From contig CAIKKJ010000151.1 of NCBI GenBank assembly GCA_903827955.1, positions 7,642 through 71,641 on the forward strand: a DNA stretch of 64,000 bases, given 5' to 3'. The notes below the pieces were generated by a model. The model was not told where the DNA came from and ran no database searches. It was given only the letters and a program-made list of their open reading frames with translations. Shown in pieces: positions 26,991-35,702 of this stretch; positions within the stretch are counted from its first letter, which is position 1; every line of letters begins with the position of its first letter. Source of the DNA: an uncultured Verrucomicrobia subdivision 3 bacterium. Its GTDB lineage: Bacteria; Verrucomicrobiota; Verrucomicrobiia; Limisphaerales; UBA11358. The position numbers were made by a program, and so were the translations under genes.

Positions 26991-28358
26991 ATGCCTGTCG
27001 GAATCCAGCTCGCCATCGCCTTCGTCATTGGTGGCGGGCTGGGTTTGTTAATCGGCTGGCTGCTCGGTGGGCGCAAGCAAACCGTCGCTCCGTCCGATGC
27101 GCGATTGGAAAATGAATTGCGCGAACAGCTCAAGCAGCGTGAATCAGAATTGAGCCAGTTGCGCGAACAGCTTTCGCAAAGCAAAACTGACCTCGCCACC
27201 GCGCAGGCAAACCAGGCGGCGGCGGAAAAAATTCTCGCGGATCAAAAGTCACTTCACGAACAAACCTTGCGCGACGCCAAGCTCGCACAGGAAAAAGCCA
27301 TCACCGATTTGCGTGACGCGTTCAAGGCCATGAGCGCAGACGCGCTGAAACAATCCGCACCGGAATTTTTGCGGCTGGCGGAACAGTCCTTCGGAAAATT
27401 TCAAGAGACGGCGAAAGGTGATCTGGCGCAGCGGCAGGAAGCCATCAAAGGCTTAGTCGAACCGCTCAAGCAGCAACTTGAAACGTATCAAAAGAATTTG
27501 CAGCAAAGTTCCGCCGCGCAATCCTCAACGCTCGGCGAGGTGAAAAAGCAGTTGGAACTTTTGTCGCAGCAAAGCACCACGCTGGCAAACGAGACGCAAC
27601 AGTTCCGGCTGGTGCTGCACTCAAATCAGGCGCGCGGAAAATGGGGCGAAGAAACGCTGCGGCGCGTCGTCGAGGCGGCGGGCATGAGCGCGCATTGCGA
27701 CTTCACAGAGCAAACTTCGTCCGGCGAAAACCGTCCCGACCTCGTGGTGAAATTGCCGGGCGACCGTTTCATCATCGTGGACGCAAAAGTTCCTGACTTC
27801 GATTTTCTTAACGCGCTGGAATCCGCCGAGCCGGTGAAGCGCGCAGAAGCGTTGGCGGCGCACGCGGCGAAGTTGAAAGGCACCATCAAAGCCTTGGCCG
27901 ACCGCGATTATCCGCGCCAGTTTCCGAACTCGCTGGATTACGTCGTGCTGTTCGTGCCGGCGGAATCGCTGTTCAGCGCGGCGTTGGAAGGCGACCACGA
28001 TTTGATTATCTGGGCGGCGGAGAAACGGATTTTACTGGCGACGCCCGCATCGCTCATCGCGCTGCTGCGTTCGGTTAGCGTGAGCTGGCAGCAACACGCA
28101 CAGACGGAGAATGCGCAGAAAATTTCCGAGGCCGCGCAGGAGTTTTTTGTGCGCGTCGTCACGTTCACCGAGCATCTGGAAAAAATTCGCGGCGGACTCG
28201 ACACTGCGAACCGTGCCTTCAATCAGGCCGTGGGTAGCTACGAATCGCGTATCAAACCTTCGGGCGAAAAACTGCAAAAGCTTGGCGGCGGCACGGGTGG
28301 AAAAGATTTGGCCGAACTGCCGCTGCTGGAGGCCACGCTGCGATTGCCGCCGGTTTGA
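26991..28358 (+). CDS. rmuC: DNA recombination protein RmuC
   Basis: 455 aa with an N-terminal TM segment, a ~200-aa coiled coil and the RmuC C-terminal nuclease-like region (PDLVVKLPGDRFIIVDAK...DYVVLFVPAESLF). Confidence 0.85.
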   Translation: MPVGIQLAIAFVIGGGLGLLIGWLLGGRKQTVAPSDARLENELREQLKQRESELSQLREQLSQSKTDLATAQANQAAAEKILADQKSLHEQTLRDAKLAQEKAITDLRDAFKAMSADALKQSAPEFLRLAEQSFGKFQETAKGDLAQRQEAIKGLVEPLKQQLETYQKNLQQSSAAQSSTLGEVKKQLELLSQQSTTLANETQQFRLVLHSNQARGKWGEETLRRVVEAAGMSAHCDFTEQTSSGENRPDLVVKLPGDRFIIVDAKVPDFDFLNALESAEPVKRAEALAAHAAKLKGTIKALADRDYPRQFPNSLDYVVLFVPAESLFSAALEGDHDLIIWAAEKRILLATPASLIALLRSVSVSWQQHAQTENAQKISEAAQEFFVRVVTFTEHLEKIRGGLDTANRAFNQAVGSYESRIKPSGEKLQKLGGGTGGKDLAELPLLEATLRLPPV

Positions 28359-28447
28359 CCGCCGGTGTTTCGGTTGGTCAAATTTTGCTCAGGATTTAAC
28401 AAAAAACCACGCGTCCTCGTCCTCGCCTCATGGAACACTAATGCTGC

Positions 28448-28918
28448 ATGCTGCAATGGACCGAACAATTTGCCACCGGCGTTGGTCATATTGATCATCA
28501 GCACCAGGCATTGATTGATAATATCAACCAGCTGGAAATGTTGTTGGTGAATTTTAGTCCCAACAAGCAGGAGTATCAGTTCATGCTGCAACTGGTGGAT
28601 TTCTTGGAGTTCTACGCCAAAAGCCATTTCAACGTCGAGGAGCAATGCATGGAAGCTTTCCGCTGTCCCGTCCATGCCAAGAACAAACAGGCCCACGCCA
28701 CGTTCCTGGCCTTTTTTGAAGAATTTAAAACTCAATACCAGCTAAACGGCTTGCGGCGGGAATTCATTGAAACGCTGCATGCGATGGTCAGCGGGTGGAT
28801 TATGGAACATATCCTACAAGTGGATACCCAGCTCAAAATCTGTATCAAGGGCGGCATTGCGCCGCAGAATCCCACGGTATCTACGAGCCAACTTACGCCG
28901 CCAGCTTCAAATGTGTGA
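28448..28918 (+). CDS. hemerythrin-like metal-binding protein (bacteriohemerythrin)
   Basis: The start MLQWTEQFATGVGHIDHQHQALI is typical. Further His/Glu ligand contexts are FYAKSHFNVEE and WIMEHILQVD. The gene is low in GC (43 G+C in 28501-28600 by hand count). Confidence 0.85.
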   Translation: MLQWTEQFATGVGHIDHQHQALIDNINQLEMLLVNFSPNKQEYQFMLQLVDFLEFYAKSHFNVEEQCMEAFRCPVHAKNKQAHATFLAFFEEFKTQYQLNGLRREFIETLHAMVSGWIMEHILQVDTQLKICIKGGIAPQNPTVSTSQLTPPASNV

Positions 28919-30419
28919 TGCGGAAGACCGCGCCGCGCGGCTCGTTGGGCAGGCACGCGATGTCCCAGCCGTGCGCGTGGACGATTTGTTGCACAACGGC
29001 GAGGCCGAGGCCGGTGCCTTTTTGGTGCGTGGTGAAATAGGGTTTGAATATTTCCGCGCGGTTCGCCGCCGTCACGCCGGGGCCGTCATCACGGACTTCC
29101 ATGACCGCTTCGTTTTTTTCCGCGCGGGAAATGGCGAACTGGATTTTTCCATTTTCACCGACAGCCTGGATGGCGTTGATGAGCAGGTTGAACAGCACCT
29201 GTCGTAGCAATTGTTCATCGGCTTCCACCATCAGCGGCTCGCCACCGACCTCGATGCGCAATTTTTTTTCCTCGATGTCAAAGCCCAGCGTGCGGACCAC
29301 TTCGCTGGCAATGGCGGTGGGCGAAACTTTGGCGCGGCGCACTTCGCGCGGCCGCGAGTAGTTGATGAATTCCGTGAGCTGCGCGGTGACCTTGTCGGTT
29401 TCGCCAATGATGATGCGGGATTTTTCCTGCGCGTCCGGCGGTGCACCGGCGGCGCGGGCGAGCATCTGCGCCTGGCCGCGAATGATGTTGAGCGGGTTGC
29501 GCGTCTCGTGCGCGAGGCCGGCGGCGGCAAGGTTCAATTCCTTCAGGTGCGAATTTTGCTCGCTCGCGCGCACGAGGCGGATTTGCAATTCAGAGGTGCG
29601 GGCAATGTTGCGCCACGCGAGGCCCGCGCCGAGCGCGGAGATGCCGGCGAAAAATCCGATGACGCAGCGCAGCCACCAGTCGTGCGTGCAGGTGGCGCGG
29701 AAATTTTCCGTGGACATGACGAGCACGAGGCCATGTAACTCGCGCTTGGCGGCGAGCGCCTTGAAGTCGGCGTCGCTCATGCCGCGCATCCACGGCGGAC
29801 GGCGGTTGCCACCGCGCGGGCGTTCCCCTTCGGGCGGCGGCGCGGGCATTTCAACTTCGCCAGCGACATTGGTCGGCGGCGGTGGAAAATTGGTTGGCGA
29901 AATACTGTTCCGTCCGTCGCGGGGAAAACTGTTGGTCAGGTTGCGAAACGACGGCAGCACGACGGTGGGGTTGTTCGTCACGCCTTCGGGCGTCACGCTA
30001 GCGCCTTCGACGGGCAGGACGAAGACGACGTTTTCTTCGGACCAGCGTTCGCTTTCGCCAACGGATTCGCGCGCGAGCAAATTAGTCTGGCCGGCGGAGA
30101 CGACGGTGTCGCCCTCGCTATTGAGCAGGCCGAGGGCGAGCAGCGGGCTGGTGCTGACGAGGGCATTGGTGCGGACGCGGGCGAGTTCGTTCAGCACGGG
30201 GTCGAGGCGATCTTGAAACAACGCGCCGCGAAACCGCAAGGCCCGCGTGACGGCGCTCAAGGTGCTGGCGATTTCGTGCGAGCGATTTCGCAAATCCGAT
30301 TTTGCGGCTTCAACGACGCGGCGATGTTCCGTGACCTGCCACGCAACGACGAGCAGCCACGCGCCCAGCAGCAGCGTGCCGACCCAGAGGCCTCGTTGTT
30401 CGCGGTTCATGCGGGGCAA
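28893..30419 (-). CDS. sensor histidine kinase (HisKA + HATPase_c), no cognate regulator in window
   Basis: 508 aa with two TM segments (LWVGTLLLGAWLLVVAWQV; CVIGFFAGISALGAGLAW). H-box GLAHETRNPLNIIRG, N-box LLINAIQAV, G-boxes DDGPGV and GTGLGLAVV. It starts 22 nt after the secretin gene on the same strand. Confidence 0.88.
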   Translation of the reverse strand: MPRMNREQRGLWVGTLLLGAWLLVVAWQVTEHRRVVEAAKSDLRNRSHEIASTLSAVTRALRFRGALFQDRLDPVLNELARVRTNALVSTSPLLALGLLNSEGDTVVSAGQTNLLARESVGESERWSEENVVFVLPVEGASVTPEGVTNNPTVVLPSFRNLTNSFPRDGRNSISPTNFPPPPTNVAGEVEMPAPPPEGERPRGGNRRPPWMRGMSDADFKALAAKRELHGLVLVMSTENFRATCTHDWWLRCVIGFFAGISALGAGLAWRNIARTSELQIRLVRASEQNSHLKELNLAAAGLAHETRNPLNIIRGQAQMLARAAGAPPDAQEKSRIIIGETDKVTAQLTEFINYSRPREVRRAKVSPTAIASEVVRTLGFDIEEKKLRIEVGGEPLMVEADEQLLRQVLFNLLINAIQAVGENGKIQFAISRAEKNEAVMEVRDDGPGVTAANRAEIFKPYFTTHQKGTGLGLAVVQQIVHAHGWDIACLPNEPRGAVFRITHLKLAA

Positions 30420-30440
30420 GAGTTTTGCGGCAAGATGGAA

Positions 30441-31667
30441 TTATTTTTTCTTCGCCGGAGTGCTTTCGAGGAAGCGGTTCAATTCCTGTTCCTCGACGGT
30501 GGTCTTGATGATGGTGGTCTGGCCGGTCTCGCCATTGGACATGCTGCCCAGTTGCGCGGGGGACTGGACGATGTGCGGCGTTAGGAACATGAGCAATTCC
30601 GTTTTGGAAGATGACTTCGCGCTTTCTTTGAAAAGATTTCCAATCAACGGGATGTCGCCGAGGAACGGCACTTTGTTGTCCGAAGAACTTTTGCCGCTGG
30701 AAATCAGGCCGCCGATGACGACCGGCTGCGCGTCGGGCGTGACCACGACGGTGTCGGCGGAACGGATGTCCAGATAGGGTGCTTCTGCGCCATTGCCGAT
30801 CGCCTGTTTCAGGGTGCTGTTCACTGAGGAAATCTGCGGTTGCACGATCATTTCCACGAGGTCGTTCGCACCGACAAACGGTGTCACGTTCAAAATAATG
30901 CCCACGTCCGTGTAGGTCACATTCACGATCGGAATCGTGGTGTTGCCGGAGTTTTGGTAAGAAACGCTGGTGGGCAAAGGCACGGACTGGCCGACGACGA
31001 TTTTCGCCAGCTGTCCGTCGCGCGCAAGGATGGACGGCCGCGACAAAACTTGTGAACGTCCGGCGGTCGCGATCGCCTTCAGCGTCGCCTGAAAATCGCT
31101 GCCGGCAAGCTGGAACAGACTGTTGGCTCCCCCAGTGCTGGTCGGCGCGAGCGAAGTTCCCAAAACGCCGCCGAGCGCGGTGAGGTTGGTCACCACCGAG
31201 TTGCCGCCGGAAAGTCCCAGCACATTTTCTGCGCTGGCGGTGAGGTTCTTGCCAGCGCCTCCCGTATAACCGCCCTCGAGGCCGATGTCCGACCCGTCGT
31301 TGCGTTGCACTTCGAGGAACACCACTTTGATGAGCACCTGCCGCTTGGGCGCGTCGAGATTTTGCAGCACGCTGCGGATTTGCGCAGCGGTCGTCTCGTC
31401 GGCGATGACCACGAGGTTGTGCGTCTGCGGATCTACCGTGATCGTGGCGCTGCCGACGGAACCATTGTTGTTGTAGGTGGAGGAAGTGGTGCTGCGGTTG
31501 GCGTTGTTGCCGCCAAAGCCGCCGCCGCCGAAACCACCAAAGCCGCCAAAGCCGCCGCCACCAAAGCCACCACCGCCGCCGAAACGCTGTTGCGCGTGCA
31601 ACGTCAGCGTGGCGCAAACCACCGCGAGACCCGCGAGGGAAATTTTTTTAACAAGATTCGTTTTCAT
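30441..31667 (-). CDS. secretin pore-domain protein (C-terminal half of a split GspD)
   Basis: 408 aa with its own leader (KKISLAGLAVVCATLTLHA) and a GGF-rich stretch. This is followed by a half N-domain (ATITVDPQTHNLVVIADETTAAQIRSVLQNLD) and the secretin domain with KVPFLGDIPLIGNLF...ELLMFLTPHIV. Confidence 0.85.
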   Translation of the reverse strand: MKTNLVKKISLAGLAVVCATLTLHAQQRFGGGGGFGGGGFGGFGGFGGGGFGGNNANRSTTSSTYNNNGSVGSATITVDPQTHNLVVIADETTAAQIRSVLQNLDAPKRQVLIKVVFLEVQRNDGSDIGLEGGYTGGAGKNLTASAENVLGLSGGNSVVTNLTALGGVLGTSLAPTSTGGANSLFQLAGSDFQATLKAIATAGRSQVLSRPSILARDGQLAKIVVGQSVPLPTSVSYQNSGNTTIPIVNVTYTDVGIILNVTPFVGANDLVEMIVQPQISSVNSTLKQAIGNGAEAPYLDIRSADTVVVTPDAQPVVIGGLISSGKSSSDNKVPFLGDIPLIGNLFKESAKSSSKTELLMFLTPHIVQSPAQLGSMSNGETGQTTIIKTTVEEQELNRFLESTPAKKK

Positions 31668-31697
31668 AAGATTTTCAAGTTGATGATTCGTTGGGCA

Positions 31698-33104
31698 TCA
31701 GAATCCGCGTCCGCCGCCGGTGCGGTTGCCGGAGCTTGAGCCAAAACCCGAACTGCTGCTGGACGAGCTGGTGGTTGTGGCGTTGTTGACTTCACGCTGC
31801 TGCAGCGCGCTGTTTTGTGATGAGCCGGTGGTGCTGCGCGAATTATTTCCCTGAAACATATTTTGCAGCACCTGCGCCGCCTGCTGCGGGTCGGCATTGT
31901 CCATGTGGAACACAAAAACCTTCTGGTCGCGCGTCGAGGACACATCGAGGTCTTTCATCATGCCGGCGATTTCCTCCATCAAATCTTTCGGCGCGGTCAC
32001 GATCACGGCTTGGATGCGCGAGTCCGCCACGGCGGAAACCTGCGTCGCTTTTTTGATGCGGTCGTTGGAAGTGCTGCCGCTGCCGCTACCACCGCCGCCC
32101 ATCATGCGCTGGAAAAATCCGCCCGGCCCGCCGCCGCCACCACCAAAGCGCGTCGGCGTTTGCGTGCCGCCCGAACTGCTGCTCGGGAAAATGCTACTGA
32201 GTTCCGTAGCCACATCCTGCGGATTCGCGTATTGCAGGCGGAACACGCGGATCTCCGTCTCGGCCTCCGCGCTGTTGTCAATCGCCCGGATGATTTCTGC
32301 GAGATGCCGGATGTTTGATTGTGTGTCGGTGATGACGATGGAATTGCCCGCTTCGTTCGCCACGACCGTGGCCTGCGGTGAAACAAACAGGGATAAATCC
32401 GAAACCAGTTGCCGCGCTTCAACGAAGCGGATGGGAATAATCTGTGTCACGATCTCGGCGTTCTTGGGAATCTCCGACGGGTTGTTGCCGGACTTCACCG
32501 GGATGTCGCGCGTCTTCGCGTCGTTCTTGTCCACGATGGTCAGCGTGCGTCCGTCGCGGATGGCTGCGTAACCGTTTTTGTTCAGCATGGAATTCAGTAA
32601 GTCCACCGCTTCATCCTTCGTCAACGGCTGGCTGCTGATGACGCTCACACTGCCGCGGACCTGCGTGTCGAGCACGATGATGAAGCCGGCGGCGTCGCTC
32701 AAATAATTCAGCACCATGTCGAGCGGCGCATTTTTGAAATTCATCCGCAGCTCGTTCGCGTTGGTGCCGGCGGCTTCCGGCGGCGTGAAGGCCGATTGAA
32801 TCTTCGGCGTCTCCCCGCCCAGCGGTTTCGTCGGCTGGATGGTTGCGGAGGTTTTGGGCGAATTGGAACTGTTGTCCTGGCCGTTGGCTTCCGATCCAGC
32901 CAGCGCGGCAATCACCTCCGGCGGCGGGGGCGGCAGCGAACCCGGGTCGGGCGGTGTGCCTGCTGTGGCGTCGGCAGCCGGCGGCGCGGGCTGTTCGGCA
33001 GCGGGCGCGTTGTTGTTGCCGTTATCCGGCGCGGGCTGAGCGGCGGCCGGGAATAGCAGTCCGGCGGCGCCCAGCGCGATGAGGGTGGAGAGAATTTTTT
33101 TCAT
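31698..33104 (-). CDS. secretin N-domain protein (N-terminal half of a split GspD)
   Basis: 468 aa with a signal peptide (LIALGAAGLLFPAAA) and an N0/STN-like segment (NFKNAPLDMVLNYLSDAAGFIIVLD...). Ring-building N-domains follow (IPIRFVEARQLV..., RVFRLQYANPQDV...). It ends after KVFVFHMDNADPQQAAQVLQNMF plus a Ser/Gly tail, with no pore domain. Confidence 0.8.
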   Translation of the reverse strand: MKKILSTLIALGAAGLLFPAAAQPAPDNGNNNAPAAEQPAPPAADATAGTPPDPGSLPPPPPEVIAALAGSEANGQDNSSNSPKTSATIQPTKPLGGETPKIQSAFTPPEAAGTNANELRMNFKNAPLDMVLNYLSDAAGFIIVLDTQVRGSVSVISSQPLTKDEAVDLLNSMLNKNGYAAIRDGRTLTIVDKNDAKTRDIPVKSGNNPSEIPKNAEIVTQIIPIRFVEARQLVSDLSLFVSPQATVVANEAGNSIVITDTQSNIRHLAEIIRAIDNSAEAETEIRVFRLQYANPQDVATELSSIFPSSSSGGTQTPTRFGGGGGGPGGFFQRMMGGGGSGSGSTSNDRIKKATQVSAVADSRIQAVIVTAPKDLMEEIAGMMKDLDVSSTRDQKVFVFHMDNADPQQAAQVLQNMFQGNNSRSTTGSSQNSALQQREVNNATTTSSSSSSSGFGSSSGNRTGGGRGF

Positions 33105-33724
33105 TGGTTTTCCTTGGCGCGTTTTTCCATGAGCTTTTTCAAAATGTCGTTGCCTTCTAAATTTGCGGACGGCGCGGTGGCGGGAGATTCCGTCGCGTCG
33201 GTGGATGAATTGCCAGCTTCGGTTGTCGCCGGAGTTTCGCTGGCGGGCGCGCTGCCGGATGAATCATCGCTCAGCTTCCAGGCGCTGCCATCCTGATGCA
33301 TCTGGTCGCCGATTTTCATCGTGATTTCTTTTTTGTCCTTGTCCGCCAGTGTGACCGCGCTCGCGGAAATTTCCTTTACCGTGTAGCCCGCAATTTCATC
33401 GCCGACCGCGAGAATTTTTTTCATCTCGGAATCGTTCGCGTTAAAAAAAGCAAACAGCCCCTTCTCGTAACTCATCGTGCCGACCAGCGCGATGAACGGC
33501 GTGCCCGCACTTCTCGTCCGCGTTCTGGTCCGCGTCCGCGTCGGTGCGGAGTGCGTGTTATGCGGCACACGGTTCGGGTCAAAAATATTTCGGTCCGTGA
33601 TGAAGCTGCTGAACTTCGCGTAGTCCGCATCGCCGGGCGAATTGTTCGACTGCGCCCGTGCGGAGAAATTTCCTGCGACGGCGAGCGCTGCCAGCAAAAT
33701 AATTTTAGTGCGCGTGAATTTCAT
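33101..33724 (-). CDS. secreted PilP/GspC-HR-like protein
   Basis: 207 aa with a signal peptide and an RT-dipeptide run (PTRTRTRTRTR). The segment FIALVGTMSYEKGLFAFFNA...KILAVGDEIAGYTVKEISASAVTL...ITMKIGD resembles the PilP/GspC HR beta-domain pattern. Its position between the GspM-like and secretin genes fits this role. The assignment is tentative. Confidence 0.4.
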   Translation of the reverse strand: MKFTRTKIILLAALAVAGNFSARAQSNNSPGDADYAKFSSFITDRNIFDPNRVPHNTHSAPTRTRTRTRTRSAGTPFIALVGTMSYEKGLFAFFNANDSEMKKILAVGDEIAGYTVKEISASAVTLADKDKKEITMKIGDQMHQDGSAWKLSDDSSGSAPASETPATTEAGNSSTDATESPATAPSANLEGNDILKKLMEKRAKENQ

Positions 33725-34257
33725 TTTTTCTCCTTCGCCGCGAGCGCCAGACCATTTACTTCCAGGCCGAGCGTTAGTTGTTGTCCCGTGCTGTCGTGCG
33801 TGGTTAGTTCCACCGTGTCGAGTCGCAGAGCGACCGGTCCGCGTTCCACGTCGTAAAGAAACCGGCTCAATGTGCCGAGGCTGCCTGCCGCCTCCACGCG
33901 GCAGCCGAGCGTCATGTAATTCGTCGAATCATTTTTCCACTGCGGCATGATGCTCGTGATCTGCGCGCCGCTGTCGCCCGCCCAGCCGTCGAATGACTTC
34001 AATAACTGCTGCTCCGCGAGTGAGGTGTTCATCGGCAAAGCATTCGCGCGTTTTGTGTCCCAGTTGTCGCGGATGGCGGCCTCGCGCTTGAGCAGCGCGT
34101 TGCCGTCGGCGACTTTCAAACGCAATTCCTTCAACTGCGCTTGCCGCGATGACCACCAACCCGCCAGCGGCGTGGCGATGAAATTCACCGCAACGTAAAG
34201 CGCCACGACGCCAATCGTCAGCGCCACCAGAAAGTCCTGCCGGTTTTTAATTTTCAT
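33721..34257 (-). CDS. GspM/PilO-like inner-membrane protein
   Basis: 178 aa with one N-terminal TM segment (FLVALTIGVVALYVAVNFI), a coiled-coil and a small C-terminal domain. It has 4-nt overlaps on both sides. Confidence 0.55.
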   Translation of the reverse strand: MKIKNRQDFLVALTIGVVALYVAVNFIATPLAGWWSSRQAQLKELRLKVADGNALLKREAAIRDNWDTKRANALPMNTSLAEQQLLKSFDGWAGDSGAQITSIMPQWKNDSTNYMTLGCRVEAAGSLGTLSRFLYDVERGPVALRLDTVELTTHDSTGQQLTLGLEVNGLALAAKEKK

Positions 34258-35702
34258 TGCGCGCCTCCGTTGCCGTATTGGAAATCAAACGTGAATTGCA
34301 TCGGCGATTTACCGCGCTGCTGGCTCAAGTGCAGTTCGCTGACGCCCGGCACCGTGCGGAGTTTCGCCTGCATCGCCAGCAGCGCCGCGATGTCGCGCGC
34401 GTTGCCCGAGCAACTTACCGTCTTGCCTTCACGCACCTCGATGGTCTTGGCCGTCACCGAGCCGTCCTCGGGAAACGCCAGCGTGAGCTGCCGCAAAATC
34501 GCCAGCCCGCGATACGAGCCGTCATACCACGGCCGGTAAAAACGAATCTGATCCTGGATGTTTTGCAGCTCCGTGACCTTCGCCGCCATGTGCGACCACT
34601 GCGCGCCAAATCGCCAGAGCTGGATTTGCTGGAACAGAAAAATTGCCAGCACGATGACCGCCACGCCCGCCGCCGCCGCGCCGATGGTGCCAAATTTTCC
34701 CGATGAATATTTTTTCACCAACTGCTGCAGCACGTTTGGCTTCGGCGGCAGAAATTCAAACGCCGGTTTCCGTTCCGCCAAAATATTCGCCGCGAGGCTG
34801 AACGCCGCCGACAGCGAAACTTCCGGCGGCAGCGAAACTTCCGGCGGCAGCGTCACGCCAAATTCATCCGGCGCGTAACCCGCAACCACCTCGGTCTGCA
34901 AGCCCATCGGCTCGAACCGCAGTTCCATTTCGTCCGCCAGTTGCCGCGCTAGATTGCTCGGGCCGAAGATACGGATGCGTTTGACCGCGTCGCGCAATGC
35001 GCCGGGCAACTGGCCGAGCGTGACGCGGGCTTCGCGCGACACGATGCTGGCGTGCAGCGTGGCGCGGCCGCCGATATTTTCCACCGCGCCTTCCAGCGCG
35101 CGCAACACCGCTACGCCGCCACCGACCGCCACTTGCAGGCCGACGGTGCTTTCGCCGATGACGAGCGTGAGCGCACCGCCGTTTTTCTCCAGCGCGGAAA
35201 TTCCCAGCGCAAAACTCACCGGCTTTAATTTTGCCAGCGCCAAAATTTGTTCGAGCGAACCGATATGCGTGTTCGGAATGCCCGCGAGCAGCACAAATTT
35301 TTTGTCGCCCGCCAGCGCGCAGCGTGAATCGGAAATCTGCAACGACGCCACATCTGCGTGAAAGTTTTTCTCCGCCTCAAGTTGCAACAAACTCGCCGCA
35401 TCCGTGTCTGGCAACGGCGGCAGTTCCGTCTGCGCGGTCAAAACCCAGCGCAATGGCAGGCCAACGACGCAGTTTTTTTCACGCACACCGGCGGCGTCAA
35501 GGTGGTTGCGAATTTCGCGGGCAACGAGTTCCGGCGCGGCGGTGAGCGGGTCAAGCGTGAGCTGTGCGGAAAAACTTTGGAGCGTTTGCAGCGCGCCGTT
35601 GGCGCGTTTCAGCACGACGCCGTCCAGCCGGCTGCCGTCCAGCGCGAGGCCGAGCACCGAAGTCAGCTTTTGGCGTTTGCCGATTTTTGAATCAGGTTTC
35701 AT
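34254..35702 (-). CDS. GspL-like (PilM-PilN fusion) assembly protein
   Basis: 482 aa with a cytoplasmic actin-like half, a FEFLPPKP segment (INLLP-like), a TM segment (IGAAAAGVAVIVLAIFLF) and a periplasmic PilN-like end. It contains an in-frame 18-nt tandem duplication (PPEVSLPPEVSL). Confidence 0.65.
   Translation of the reverse strand: MKPDSKIGKRQKLTSVLGLALDGSRLDGVVLKRANGALQTLQSFSAQLTLDPLTAAPELVAREIRNHLDAAGVREKNCVVGLPLRWVLTAQTELPPLPDTDAASLLQLEAEKNFHADVASLQISDSRCALAGDKKFVLLAGIPNTHIGSLEQILALAKLKPVSFALGISALEKNGGALTLVIGESTVGLQVAVGGGVAVLRALEGAVENIGGRATLHASIVSREARVTLGQLPGALRDAVKRIRIFGPSNLARQLADEMELRFEPMGLQTEVVAGYAPDEFGVTLPPEVSLPPEVSLSAAFSLAANILAERKPAFEFLPPKPNVLQQLVKKYSSGKFGTIGAAAAGVAVIVLAIFLFQQIQLWRFGAQWSHMAAKVTELQNIQDQIRFYRPWYDGSYRGLAILRQLTLAFPEDGSVTAKTIEVREGKTVSCSGNARDIAALLAMQAKLRTVPGVSELHLSQQRGKSPMQFTFDFQYGNGGAQ
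34812..34847. repeat. 18-nt perfect tandem duplication inside the GspL-like CDS
   Basis: cagcgaaacttccggcgg x2 (followed by a partial cagcg). It encodes PPEVSLPPEVSL and is in frame. Confidence 0.9.

Noticed and set aside
30310-31617. 435-aa ORF on the same strand as the secretin pore gene but in another frame
   Set aside because: It overlaps the secretin CDS and the histidine kinase start. The translation is Arg/Trp-rich nonsense, and the secretin frame carries the diagnostic motifs.
31698-31700. In-frame TGA between the two secretin halves as a selenocysteine or programmed read-through codon
   Set aside because: No obvious SECIS-like hairpin follows the codon. A read-through product would contain a buried hydrophobic leader in mid-chain. 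Separate translation of two exported proteins is the simpler reading. It is still worth verifying by resequencing.
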